DNA of 51,351 bases from Armatimonadota bacterium (GTDB lineage: Bacteria; Armatimonadota; Fimbriimonadia; Fimbriimonadales; GBS-DC): the NCBI GenBank assembly GCA_037445735.1, contig JBBIJY010000021.1, forward strand, positions 1 through 51,351, read 5' to 3'. Shown one piece after another: positions 1-8,920 of the stretch; positions within the stretch are counted from its first letter, which is position 1; each line of letters begins with the position of its first letter. The notes below the pieces were generated by a model, which was given only the letters and a program-made list of their open reading frames with translations, did no database searches and had not been told where the DNA came from. A program made the position numbers and the translations under genes.

Positions 1-884
1 GGCACGCGCTCGCCATTCACCACGCCTGAAGTGTATTGCGCTCGCACAGCGAAGGCATTCACCGCACTGCGCGGGATGGGACGCACACTTTTGAGAACTT
101 TCACCTTCTCGCTGCGCAGATCGTCGTACACAAGGCTGCTGGGTGGCTCCATCGCTGTCAGCGTGAACAGTTGCATCAGGTGATTTTGAATCATGTCGCG
201 CAGGGCGCCCGTCTGGTCATAGTAGCTGGTTCGACCTTCCAGTCCCGCCGTCTCCGCCGCTGTAATCTGTACATGCTCCACATGGTGGCGGTTCCAGAGC
301 GGTTCCAGCAGGAGGTTGGCGAACCGAAACACCAGAATATTTTGCACGGTCTCCTTGCCGAGGTAGTGGTCGATGCGGAAGATTTGCTCCTCACGCCAGT
401 GGGCACGCACCTGCTGGTCGAGGGCGCGTGCGCTTTCCAGGTCGTAGCCGAACGGCTTTTCGATGACCAGTCGGCGGAAGCCGTGCGTTTCATCGTTCAG
501 GTTCAGGTGCGCCAGTTGTTCGGCGGCGGGCGCAAACACGCCAGGGGGCAATGCCAGATAGAACACGGCGTTCGCATGCACATGCTCGCACAGCCGGGTG
601 AGGCTTCTGGCATCCAGCTCGCCCTGCAGGTAGGCGATAAATCGCTGGGTGAAGCGCGCCCAGTGTTCCATGCGCTTGCCATCGGTGCGCATCGCCTGCT
701 CCACCTCGTTCAGATACTGCTCCAGCGTGTAGGGTCGGCGGGCATAGAGCAGGATTCGCACCGTGTCGGGCAGCATATGGGAGCGGCAGAGCTGGAACAG
801 GGCGGGCAGCAGCAGATGGCGGGTCAAATCGCCCGTCGCACCGAAGATCACTATCACCGTGTCGCGTTCCCGATCCGGTTGCAT
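1..884 (-). CDS. zwf: Glucose-6-phosphate 1-dehydrogenase (5' part; runs off the window edge)
   Basis: Not in the ORF track. Manual translation from ATG 884 gives [32 protein letters not shown]; active-site motif [14 protein letters not shown] at about 340-380. Confidence 0.96.
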   Translation of the reverse strand, partial: MQPDRERDTVIVIFGATGDLTRHLLLPALFQLCRSHMLPDTVRILLYARRPYTLEQYLNEVEQAMRTDGKRMEHWARFTQRFIAYLQGELDARSLTRLCEHVHANAVFYLALPPGVFAPAAEQLAHLNLNDETHGFRRLVIEKPFGYDLESARALDQQVRAHWREEQIFRIDHYLGKETVQNILVFRFANLLLEPLWNRHHVEHVQITAAETAGLEGRTSYYDQTGALRDMIQNHLMQLFTLTAMEPPSSLVYDDLRSEKVKVLKSVRPIPRSAVNAFAVRAQYTSGVVNGERV

Positions 885-889
885 CCGAT

Positions 890-1429
890 TCACTCCAGCA
901 CTTCGACGGTGATTTTGTCGTTGGTGTAGATGCAGAGGCTGGCGGCGATTTGCAGGGCGGCTTCGGCGATTTCGCGGGCGCTGAGGCTGGTGTAGCGCAG
1001 GAGCGCCTGCGCTGCTGCCTGCGCGTAGGCGCCGCCCGAGCCGATGCCAATCACGCCCTCATCGGGTTCCAGCACATTGCCATCGCCTGCGACCACCAGC
1101 AGGGCGTCGCGGTCAGCCACAATCATCAGCGCGTTCAGCTGGCGTAGCACCTTATCGGTGCGCCAGTCTTTGGCGAACTCGACGGCGGCGCGACGCAGGT
1201 TGCCACCCGACGCCTCCAGCTTCTGCTCGAATCGATCCATCAGCGCCTGGGCGTCGGCGGCTGCGCCCGCGATACCTGCCAGCACGCGGTTCTGATAGAG
1301 CCAGCGCACCTTGCGGGCGGTATGCTTGAACACCACATCGCCCAGCGTGATCTGTCCATCGGCAGCGAAGGCGGTCTGCCCATCGCGCCGCACAGCCAGC
1401 ACCGTTGTGCCATGCAGTTTCATGGTCAA
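890..1429 (-). CDS. hslV: ATP-dependent protease peptidase subunit HslV (ClpQ)
   Basis: HGTTVLAV N-terminal Thr nucleophile, [31 protein letters not shown]. Confidence 0.96.
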   Translation of the reverse strand: MTMKLHGTTVLAVRRDGQTAFAADGQITLGDVVFKHTARKVRWLYQNRVLAGIAGAAADAQALMDRFEQKLEASGGNLRRAAVEFAKDWRTDKVLRQLNALMIVADRDALLVVAGDGNVLEPDEGVIGIGSGGAYAQAAAQALLRYTSLSAREIAEAALQIAASLCIYTNDKITVEVLE

Positions 1430-2325
1430 TCCTCCTCTTCGGGTGTGGTGGGCAGGGCGCGCTCGACCACGCGCCGCAACTGGTCCAGCGTGAGGTGCGT
1501 ATACACCTGCGTGGTTTGCAAGCGCTGGTGTCCGAGCAGTTCCTGCACGGTGCGCAAATCTGCGCCGCCTTCCAGCAGGTGCGTGGCGAAGGTATGGCGC
1601 AGGGTGTGGGGGCTGATGTCCAGTCCCAGCGCCTGCCCATAGCGTTTCAGCAGGCGATGCACGCTGCGCACGGTCAGTCGCCCGCCCTGATAGTTCAGGA
1701 ACAGGGCGCGGGTCGGGTTCTGGGGGTTCAGCAGTTTGGGGCGCGCATGCTGGAGGTAATCGGTGAGCGCCTCGTGCGCGGCGCGTCCGAACAGCACCAT
1801 GCGCTCGCGCCCGCCCTTACCCCGCACGCGGATCGCGCCCTGCTCGAAATCGAGGGCGTTCACATCGAGGCTCACCAGCTCGCTCACGCGCAAACCTGTC
1901 GCGTAGAGCAGTTCCAGCAGGGCACGGTCGCGCAGCGCCAGCGTGTCCGGATAGGGGGCAGGCTGCTCAACCAGCTGGTTCACCTGCGCGCGAGTGAGGA
2001 ATCGGGGCAGTCGCCGCGCGGCGCCCGGCTCGCCAATCGCGCCCGTCGGGTCTGCTGAGAGCCAGCCCATCGCCCGGCAGAATCGGAAAAAGCTGCGCAG
2101 AGCGTAGAGCTTGCGGGCGCGGGTGGAACGCTGAATCGCGCGGTGCGAATCGAGCCACGCGCGCACCAGCCGCTCCGTAACGGTCTCCACCTCCGACACA
2201 CCCGTGCTGAGCGCGTACTCCACAAACTGCGCCAGATCGGTGCCGTACGCCTTCACGGTGTGCGGCGCCCGCGCCGTGCCCAGATGAACCAGAAACCGCT
2301 CCACCGCCTCGTCCAGATTCATCAT
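1426..2325 (-). CDS. xerC: Tyrosine recombinase XerC/XerD
   Basis: RDRALLELLYATGLRVSEL, HTLRHTFATHLL, LLGH and TTQVY motifs; position upstream of hslV. Start probably ATG 2325 or 2322, not 2559. Confidence 0.9.
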   Translation of the reverse strand: MMNLDEAVERFLVHLGTARAPHTVKAYGTDLAQFVEYALSTGVSEVETVTERLVRAWLDSHRAIQRSTRARKLYALRSFFRFCRAMGWLSADPTGAIGEPGAARRLPRFLTRAQVNQLVEQPAPYPDTLALRDRALLELLYATGLRVSELVSLDVNALDFEQGAIRVRGKGGRERMVLFGRAAHEALTDYLQHARPKLLNPQNPTRALFLNYQGGRLTVRSVHRLLKRYGQALGLDISPHTLRHTFATHLLEGGADLRTVQELLGHQRLQTTQVYTHLTLDQLRRVVERALPTTPEEED

Positions 2326-2352
2326 GCAAAGTGTACCTGAGCGATGCGAATC

Positions 2353-2378
2353 GAACCCTGCCCGCTCATGGGCGTCTA
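2353..2378 (+). promoter_or_regulatory. Putative ECF-sigma (autoregulatory) promoter GAAC-N16-CGTCTA
   Basis: Matches the general ECF AAC-N16/17-CGT pattern, about 80 nt upstream of the ECF sigma gene. Confidence 0.6.
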
Positions 2379-2458
2379 TACTCACAGTGGCGAACCATAG
2401 CGGTGATCTGGCTTTGCACAGGGATGAGGTATTTAAACGGGCAGGGAGGAGCGACGAG

Positions 2459-3055
2459 TTGGACACGCCATCGTGGGCAGAGGCGACCCTGATTGAGCGG
2501 GCGCAGGCGCAGGACGAAACCGCCTTCGACCAGATTGTGCGCCTGTATGCCGACCGCATCTACAACTATGTGCGCCGCATGGTCGGCAACCCGCAGGACG
2601 CGGAAGACATCACGCAGGAGGTGTTCATTCGCGCCTATCAGGGTCTGCCCAGCTTCGATGGGCGTGCCAGCTTCAGCACCTGGCTCTATCGCATCGCGAC
2701 CAACCTGTGCATCGATCACCGACGGCGGCAGAGCCGTCGCGTGCAAACCGTGCCCTATCATCGCGACGAGAGCGACGAGGACGAGGGCGACTGGGAGTTT
2801 CCCGACACCAGCCAGCCCAGCGCACTGGATGTGCTGCTCAACCGGGAGCTGCAGGCGGTGGTGGATGAAGCCATCGATGCGCTCTCGCCCAAGCTCAAAA
2901 CGGTTCTGCTGCTGTACGATGTGGAGGGCTTGAGCTACGAGCAGATTGCGCAGGCGCTGCGCATCCCGATGGGCACGGTCAAGTCGCGCCTGTTCGCCGC
3001 GCGCGAGCAGATTCGCAGGGCGGTCGAAGCCTACCAGCGAGGTGAAGCGAAATGA
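2459..3055 (+). CDS. ECF RNA polymerase sigma factor (SigW/RpoE-like)
   Basis: DAEDITQEVFIRAY, FSTWLYRIATN and GLSYEQIA..GTVKSRLFAAR motifs. Start probably TTG 2459 after the SD GGAGGAG. Confidence 0.93.
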   Translation: MDTPSWAEATLIERAQAQDETAFDQIVRLYADRIYNYVRRMVGNPQDAEDITQEVFIRAYQGLPSFDGRASFSTWLYRIATNLCIDHRRRQSRRVQTVPYHRDESDEDEGDWEFPDTSQPSALDVLLNRELQAVVDEAIDALSPKLKTVLLLYDVEGLSYEQIAQALRIPMGTVKSRLFAAREQIRRAVEAYQRGEAK

Positions 3056-3552
3056 ATTGTCATCATGCGGAGCGGCTCCTGTGGAGCTATGTGGAGAACG
3101 CGCTGAGCGCGGCGCAACGCGAGGCGCTGGCGGCGCACCTGCAACAGTGCGAGTGGTGCCAGCAACGGCTGCAGGCGGTGCGCCTGACGCACACGGCACT
3201 GCAGTCGCTGCCGCGCTATCGGGCGCCCGAGCGGCTGGTGGAGCGGGTGCGAGCAGAGATTGCCGCCCAGCCGAAAAGCGTCGCTCGCCGAACAGTGCGC
3301 CCCGCGCTCTGGCGATGGACACTGGCGCCCGCGCTGGGACTGCTGGTCGCCGCCCTCTGGTGGTGGAGCCAGACATCTTCGCCAGCGCCCATAACCGATA
3401 GCACTCGCCCCGACGCCTCTGGCTCGTTAACCCAGCAGGCGGCACAGGAGTATGCCGATACCTGCATCGAACTCCATCAGCAACTGGAGATGGCGGATTG
3501 GGCAGGCACGCCCACTGTTAGCTATCTCATCACCACAGGCTACACGCGATGA
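3052..3552 (+). CDS. Zinc-finger (zf-HC2/ZAS) transmembrane anti-sigma factor
   Basis: MNC...HLQQCEWC (HxxxCxxC) followed by one TM helix; overlaps the sigma stop codon. Confidence 0.88.
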   Translation: MNCHHAERLLWSYVENALSAAQREALAAHLQQCEWCQQRLQAVRLTHTALQSLPRYRAPERLVERVRAEIAAQPKSVARRTVRPALWRWTLAPALGLLVAALWWWSQTSSPAPITDSTRPDASGSLTQQAAQEYADTCIELHQQLEMADWAGTPTVSYLITTGYTR

Positions 3553-4568
3553 AACGGATCGGCTGGATTGGTCTCGGATGGCTGTTGGGCTTCAGTGTGA
3601 GCTGGGCGCAGGAGCGTCCCATCGAGTGGTTGCGCCGCGCCGTGCGCGCCGAGCAGACGCTGACCGTCAGCGGCGAGCGCGTCACCGAAATCCGCATGGG
3701 ACGCCGCACGGAGCGCATCATGGAACGGTTCTGGCGCCAGGGCGGGCGCGCCATCCGTATCGAGGTGCTGGCACCGCCCGAACGACGCGGCGAAATCCTC
3801 CTGCTCAAAGGCGACAAATGGATTCTCTACCGCCCCACCATGAAGGAAGCCATCCTGTTGCCCGCGCCGCTGCACCTGCATGAGCGCATGCTGCAGCGAC
3901 TGCTGATGGCGGTACAGAAGCAGCGAATGGCGCTCACACTCCAGCCACCCGAATCGGTGCTGAATCGCCCGTGCATCGTGCTGAACCTGAAGGGGACTCC
4001 GCCCAAACCGAGGGAGCCTGCGCCGCCTTTTGCCCGTGAACCCCGCCGCCCTGAACCGATTCAGAACCTCACGCTGTGGATCGACCGTGAGACGGGGCTG
4101 GTGCTGCGCCGTGAGGTGCGCTTCGCCGATCCCGACAGGTGGGTGCGCGTGGAAATCACGCGGCTGGAGTTACCTGTGCGACTGCCCGTTAGCCTGTTTG
4201 AGCTGCCCGACGGTGTGGTGGTGCGCCCACCGCGCGAGGGACGATTCGAGCGCATCGAAGAGGCGCAAAAGGCGGCAGGCTTCCCGATTCGCCTGCCCGC
4301 CTACCTGCCCGACGACACGCGCCAGGAGGGGATTATCGTGCGACGCCTGCACGACCGCGCACTGGTCGCCATTCGCTACCGCTGTCCACAGGGCAACTTC
4401 ACGCTGGTGCAGACGCGCGCGCCCAATGCCGATTTCAAATTGCCCCAGCCGCCCCACCAGCGCCCGCTGAACACCCACTTCTGGCAGGTGGACGACTACT
4501 GGTTCGGACTGGTGGGCAGCCTGCCGAAAGAGGAGATGGAGCGCATCGCACGGTCTATCAGCCGCTAA
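3549..4568 (+). CDS. Exported MucB/RseB-like (LolA-fold) sigma regulatory protein
   Basis: Signal peptide; LWIDRETGLVLRRE and FELPDG motifs; C-terminal GSLPKEEMERIARS; third gene of the ECF operon. Confidence 0.65.
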   Translation: MKRIGWIGLGWLLGFSVSWAQERPIEWLRRAVRAEQTLTVSGERVTEIRMGRRTERIMERFWRQGGRAIRIEVLAPPERRGEILLLKGDKWILYRPTMKEAILLPAPLHLHERMLQRLLMAVQKQRMALTLQPPESVLNRPCIVLNLKGTPPKPREPAPPFAREPRRPEPIQNLTLWIDRETGLVLRREVRFADPDRWVRVEITRLELPVRLPVSLFELPDGVVVRPPREGRFERIEEAQKAAGFPIRLPAYLPDDTRQEGIIVRRLHDRALVAIRYRCPQGNFTLVQTRAPNADFKLPQPPHQRPLNTHFWQVDDYWFGLVGSLPKEEMERIARSISR

Positions 4569-4611
4569 ATCTTCCTCTTCTCCAGTGCGTAGCCTGGGCA
4601 TCACGCCCGTG

Positions 4612-4690
4612 AATACCCCCTCCCCCAAGGGGGGAGAGGGTTTTTGCATTTTTTCTCTCCCACAGGGGGAGGGGGCAAGGGGGTGAGGGC
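4612..4690. repeat. REP-like GC-rich palindromic element(s) between convergent genes
   Basis: ccccctcccccaagggggagaggg followed by ctctcccacagggggagggggcaaggggggtgaggg; related copies at about 23981 and 47440. Confidence 0.55.
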
Positions 4691-5751
4691 TAACAACCCT
4701 GCCCGAAGTTGAACAGCACAGTCAGCAGATCGGCGTCGTCCACCACGCCGTCGCCGTTCACATCCTCCGGCAGGTTGCCCGTCTGACCAAAGGCGAACAG
4801 TACCGCCAGCAGGTCCGCATCGTCCACACAGCCGTCGCCGTTCACATCGCCCGCTGGACCCGTTCGACAGGTGGTAATCTCCACATACTGGGTGCCCGGC
4901 GCGCTCACCTGAAAGCTGAAGGGGAACGAATCGAACGGCGGATTCGGACAGCGCACCCACGCCACATTCGGAAACTGCTGGGAGGTATCGCCAATATTCA
5001 GCGCGGGCAGAGTCTGGTTCGACATATAGGTGCCATGGCAGGGATCACCCAGATCGGCGCCGCCCGTCAGCACCACCAGAATTCGTATTCTACCGCCCGA
5101 ATAATTCAAAGCGCTCAGCGGGATTGCCACCTCCATCCCGGTGGTGACAGTGGATGGATTGCCAGGATTATTCGGGTCGCTGGTGATGCCGCCCTCGTTG
5201 GTGTTGTCCAGCGCGGCGCGCACGCCTGCTGTGTTATCGCCACCGCTCAGCGTGCCGTTGCCTGTGTTGGTAGGCGCAGCGCCCAGATAGGTGGAGACAT
5301 TGTTCACCAGGTCATGCAGGTCAACATAGATGTTGTCGTTGCCCTGCCCGTCATCGTAGCGGTTCACACCGAGTGCCCAGTCGGGCTGGTGGTCGAACAC
5401 CACGCCGCTCATGCCCTGCACCGAGCAGTTGATGCAGCCGGTGGTGAGCGTGAAGGTGTTGCTGGGATTGCGTCCCGTGTCGATGTAGAAGTGGAAGGCG
5501 TTGCCGTTGCCCTCCAGGTTGCCCGTTACGCCGATATACAGCACGCCGCCTTCACAGCGCACAAAGAGCTGGTCCAGTTCGGAGCCATAGGCAACACCAC
5601 CTGTATGGTCGCCGAAGCCAGTGTGGTTCGTCTGCGAGGCGAGCGCGGTGCCAAACTCGGACGGGATATTGCGTCCATCGATTGCCGGCTGTGCCATCCC
5701 GACGGCGCAAGCCAGCGCCAGACCCATCATCAGCGTTGTATGTCGCATCAT
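4690..5751 (-). CDS. Secreted protein of unknown function with C-terminal dockerin-like double EF-hand domain
   Basis: SD GGAGGT, signal peptide MMRHTTLMMGLALACAVGMAQ, C-terminus GDVNGDGCVDDADLL...DVNGDGVVDDADLLTVLFNFGQGC. Confidence 0.8.
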   Translation of the reverse strand: MMRHTTLMMGLALACAVGMAQPAIDGRNIPSEFGTALASQTNHTGFGDHTGGVAYGSELDQLFVRCEGGVLYIGVTGNLEGNGNAFHFYIDTGRNPSNTFTLTTGCINCSVQGMSGVVFDHQPDWALGVNRYDDGQGNDNIYVDLHDLVNNVSTYLGAAPTNTGNGTLSGGDNTAGVRAALDNTNEGGITSDPNNPGNPSTVTTGMEVAIPLSALNYSGGRIRILVVLTGGADLGDPCHGTYMSNQTLPALNIGDTSQQFPNVAWVRCPNPPFDSFPFSFQVSAPGTQYVEITTCRTGPAGDVNGDGCVDDADLLAVLFAFGQTGNLPEDVNGDGVVDDADLLTVLFNFGQGC

Positions 5752-5831
5752 CGTTGACCTCCTTTCCCCGCGTTGCACGGGCAATTCTATTATACCCCAT
5801 CAGGTACACTCGATGCGGAGGTGAACCGACG

Positions 5832-6467
5832 ATGCGATTGGCGATAGCGACTCTGGGCGCGATTCTGCTGGGCATCGGGCTGATGGGCATCGCCCAGCAA
5901 ACCCAGCAGAAGCCTTACAAGCCCAAACCGGGCGAGACAGTCGTGAAGATGACCATCAAAGGCAAGGGCGACATCTATATCCGCCTCAATCTCAGGGAGG
6001 CGCCCAAAACCTGCGAGAACTTCCTGAAGCTGGTCAAGCAGAAGTTTTATGACGGCATCCGCTTCCACCGCGTGGTGCCGCGCTTCGTGGTGCAGGCGGG
6101 TGACCCCATCACGAAAGACCCGAATGTGTCGCTGGATGACCCGCGCGTCGGCACGGGCGGACCGGGCTACACCATCAAGTTCGAGCCGAACAACCTGAAG
6201 CACACACGCGGCGCAATCGGCATGGCACGCAAGCCCGACCCCGACAGCGCCGGCAGCCAGTTCTATATCTGCCTGGAGCCACAGCCCCAGCTGGACGGCA
6301 AGTATGTCATCTTCGGCGAAGTGGTGCAGGGCATGGAGGTGGTCGATCAGATTCAGCGCGGCGATGTGATCGAAAAAGCCGTCGTGCTGCAGGAAGCCCG
6401 ACCGAAAGAACCCACCACCAGCCAGCCTGTGAACCCTGCGCCCAGACCGCAAATCAGAAAGCCATGA
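5832..6467 (+). CDS. Exported cyclophilin-type peptidyl-prolyl cis-trans isomerase
   Basis: FYDGIRFHRVVPRFVVQAGDP, GMAR..DSAGSQFYI, LDGKYVIFG; SD GGAGGT and a signal peptide. Confidence 0.95.
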   Translation: MRLAIATLGAILLGIGLMGIAQQTQQKPYKPKPGETVVKMTIKGKGDIYIRLNLREAPKTCENFLKLVKQKFYDGIRFHRVVPRFVVQAGDPITKDPNVSLDDPRVGTGGPGYTIKFEPNNLKHTRGAIGMARKPDPDSAGSQFYICLEPQPQLDGKYVIFGEVVQGMEVVDQIQRGDVIEKAVVLQEARPKEPTTSQPVNPAPRPQIRKP

Positions 6468-6928
6468 TAGACGCCCCGCTCGCCCAGCAGGTGATTCAGG
6501 AGAGTGAGGCGATTCTGAGCGGTGATGCGCCCCTGCAGGAGCGCCTCCAGCAGCTGATGCAGCTCCTGCACGATCGCCTGCCTCACTATCACTGGGTCGG
6601 CATCTACTGGCTGGAAGGCGACACACTGACGCTGGGACCCTATGTGGGACCGCCGACAGAGCATGTGCGCATCCCCGTGGGGCGCGGGGTGTGCGGCACC
6701 GCCGTCGCCGAGAACGCGAACCAGATTGTGTACGATGTGCGCGAGCGCGAGAACTACCTCGCCTGCAATCTGGAGACGCGCTCCGAGATCGTGGTGCTGA
6801 TCCGCGACCCCCACACAGGCGCGATTCGGGGTCAAATCGATGTGGACGGCACGGAAGTGGGCGCGTTCGACGAGAGCGACGAAGCCTTTCTGGAGACTAT
6901 CGCCAGGCTGATTGCGCGCACGCAATAG
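6464..6928 (+). CDS. GAF-domain protein, free methionine-(R)-sulfoxide reductase (MsrC/YebR)-like
   Basis: LGPYVG, GRGVCG, YLAC...SEIVV and GQIDVD motifs. Confidence 0.8.
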   Translation: MIDAPLAQQVIQESEAILSGDAPLQERLQQLMQLLHDRLPHYHWVGIYWLEGDTLTLGPYVGPPTEHVRIPVGRGVCGTAVAENANQIVYDVRERENYLACNLETRSEIVVLIRDPHTGAIRGQIDVDGTEVGAFDESDEAFLETIARLIARTQ

Positions 6929-6947
6929 GGGTCCGTTTTTGTGGTGG

Positions 6948-7667
6948 ATGCGACCAAACTTTCGTGGGGAGGTGGTGCCTGATCGGTTGGGGCTGTGCCC
7001 GCTGCTGACGGGGCTGGCGGGCTGGCTGCTGTTTGCGCCGACGCACCTGCACTGGCTGCTGCCGCTGGGCTTCGGCGTGCTGGGCTTCATTGATGACCAG
7101 TGGGGTCAGCGCGCGCCGAAGGGTTTGCGCGGGCATCTGCGCTCGCTTCTGAAGGGGCATCCCACCACCGGGCTGCTCAAGCTCGTATTAAGCCCTCTGC
7201 TGGGAGTCGCAATTGTGGGGATCAGCACGCAGGCAGGCTGGCTCTCCCTGCAGGCTCTGCTAAGCGGCGGGCTGATCGCGCTCTGTGCGAACTTTTTCAA
7301 CCTGCTCGATGTGCGTCCGGGTCGCGCGGGTGTGCTTTTTGTGCTGGGGGCGTTGCCGTGTGGGATCGCGCTGGCGGTGCGAGGTGATAGCGCCAGCGCG
7401 TGGATGCTGGCGAGCGTCGGCATCGGGCTGTTGATCGTGCTGCCCATCGATCGGGCGGGCAAAGGCATGCTGGGCGACACGGGCAGCAACTTAATCGGAG
7501 GCGTGCTGGGCGCCGCGCTGGTGGCACTGCTGCCGATGGGGGTTCAGCTTGCTCTGACCCTCTTCCTGCTCTGGTTCCACCTCTGGGCAGAACGCCATTC
7601 CCTCACCGAATGGCTGGAACGCCATCCCCTCCTGCGCCACCTGGATCGGCTGACAGGGGTACGATGA
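6948..7667 (+). CDS. Glycosyltransferase family 4 (MraY/WecA-like) membrane protein
   Basis: LGFIDD, NFFNLLDVRPGRA and MLGDTGSNLIG motifs; several TM helices. Start uncertain (6912-6948). Confidence 0.8.
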   Translation: MRPNFRGEVVPDRLGLCPLLTGLAGWLLFAPTHLHWLLPLGFGVLGFIDDQWGQRAPKGLRGHLRSLLKGHPTTGLLKLVLSPLLGVAIVGISTQAGWLSLQALLSGGLIALCANFFNLLDVRPGRAGVLFVLGALPCGIALAVRGDSASAWMLASVGIGLLIVLPIDRAGKGMLGDTGSNLIGGVLGAALVALLPMGVQLALTLFLLWFHLWAERHSLTEWLERHPLLRHLDRLTGVR

Positions 7668-7674
7668 GGCTTGC

Positions 7675-8730
7675 TTATTGTTCAGGATGGGCGGCGCGGA
7701 GCAGGCGGTCGCGGATGGCGAGAGCCAGCTGCTCCGCAGGGGGCAGGGGGCACACGATTGCCGCCACGCCCTGCGACTCCAGCCAGCGGATGCCCGCAAA
7801 GAGCCGTTTCGCGAGCGTTTCCCAGTCGCCCCAGCTGCCCCACTCACAGGCAAGCACGCGCTCATCCGCTGGCAGCTGCCAGCCTGAAGGCGCCATCACG
7901 CCGACGCGCCCGTACTCATCGATCGCCGCCTGCACCGCCTGATAGAGTGCTTCAGGCTCTGGCGGCGCCAGGCACAGGGGCACGCGCGGCGCGTAGTGGC
8001 GCGGCGAGGTGCCCGGCGAGGGCAACGGCGCACCTTCGGGCAACGCCTCCTCCAGCAGGCGAACCGCGCCGATCAGTCGCTCAATCTCCTCCCGCGCGAC
8101 GCCGCCCGGGCGCAGCATCGTGGGCGGCCGCGTGGTCAAATCCAGCACGGTTGATTCAACGCCGACGGGTGTGGGTCCCGCGTCCAGCACCAGCTCGATG
8201 CGCCCCTCCAAATCTGCCATCACATGGTCGGCGGTTGTGGGGCTGGGTCGCCCGAATCGGTTCGCGCTGGGGGCGGCAATCGGCACGCCGCTGGCTCGCA
8301 GGAGCGCCTGCGCCACCGGATGCGACGGGATGCGAATCGCGACGGTGGGGCGACCAGCAGTGACTATATCGGGCACGCATCCCGCTCTGGGCAACACCAG
8401 CGTGAGCGGTCCGGGCATCAGGTGTGCGGCGAGCCGTTCGGCGGCAGGGGGCAGCTCCGTCACCAGCGTCCGCATCTGCTCGAGGCTGATGACATGCACA
8501 ATCAGCGGGTCCCAGGCGGGGCGACCTTTCGCTTCGAAGATTCGGCGCACAGCGTCAGGGTTCAGCGCGTCGGCGCCCAGCCCGTACACCGTCTCCGTCG
8601 GGAAGGCGACCAGCCCGCCTGCCCGAATCAGCGCGCCCGCCTGCTCAATCAGCGGGGCATCGTGCGCAGGATCGCCACTCAATCTCAGCCGTCGCGTCTC
8701 AATAGCCTGATAATACCCTCGCACGGACAA
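7675..8730 (-). CDS. sua5: Threonylcarbamoyl-AMP synthase Sua5 (TsaC domain plus SUA5 domain)
   Basis: VAFPTETVYGLGA, KGRP, AAPSAN, GVESTVLD, PG..HYAP, AIRDRLLRAA. Start uncertain (possibly ATT at 8703). Confidence 0.95.
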   Translation of the reverse strand: MSVRGYYQAIETRRLRLSGDPAHDAPLIEQAGALIRAGGLVAFPTETVYGLGADALNPDAVRRIFEAKGRPAWDPLIVHVISLEQMRTLVTELPPAAERLAAHLMPGPLTLVLPRAGCVPDIVTAGRPTVAIRIPSHPVAQALLRASGVPIAAPSANRFGRPSPTTADHVMADLEGRIELVLDAGPTPVGVESTVLDLTTRPPTMLRPGGVAREEIERLIGAVRLLEEALPEGAPLPSPGTSPRHYAPRVPLCLAPPEPEALYQAVQAAIDEYGRVGVMAPSGWQLPADERVLACEWGSWGDWETLAKRLFAGIRWLESQGVAAIVCPLPPAEQLALAIRDRLLRAAHPEQ

Positions 8731-8758
8731 AAAAGAGTGGGACTCTTTCGAGTCCCAC
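8729..8758 (-). terminator. Rho-independent terminator
   Basis: GUGGGACUC-GAAA-GAGUCCCAC-UCUUUUUU: perfect 9-bp stem, GNRA loop, U tract. Confidence 0.85.
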
Positions 8759-8814
8759 CAGAGGGAGGTTGGGTAACAAGGCTGTGCGGTCTGCTCTTGC
8801 CACGGTTGAGTGGC
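8729..8814 (-). ncRNA. Candidate ~86-nt sRNA with exposed anti-SD motif
   Basis: TATAAT at 8826-8821, 5' hairpin GCCAC-UCAACC-GUGGC, AACCUCCCUC segment, then the terminator. Confidence 0.45.
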
Positions 8815-8920
8815 ACCGCTATTATAACGCGATTTGACGGGCGATGGGACTGTAAAAAATACCAGATTTCGCCCTCTATTCGGGCGCTGATGGGTGTGAT
8901 TCTGGGCGGGGCGCCCCAGG

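Noticed and set aside
36-929. 297-aa + strand ORF
   Set aside because: Antisense shadow of zwf, which has clear G6PD motifs on the minus strand.
1426-2559. Tyrosine recombinase as a phage or island integrase; 377-aa long form
   Set aside because: Size, motifs and hslV linkage indicate chromosomal XerC. The N-terminal extension overlaps the divergent sigma gene and its promoter.
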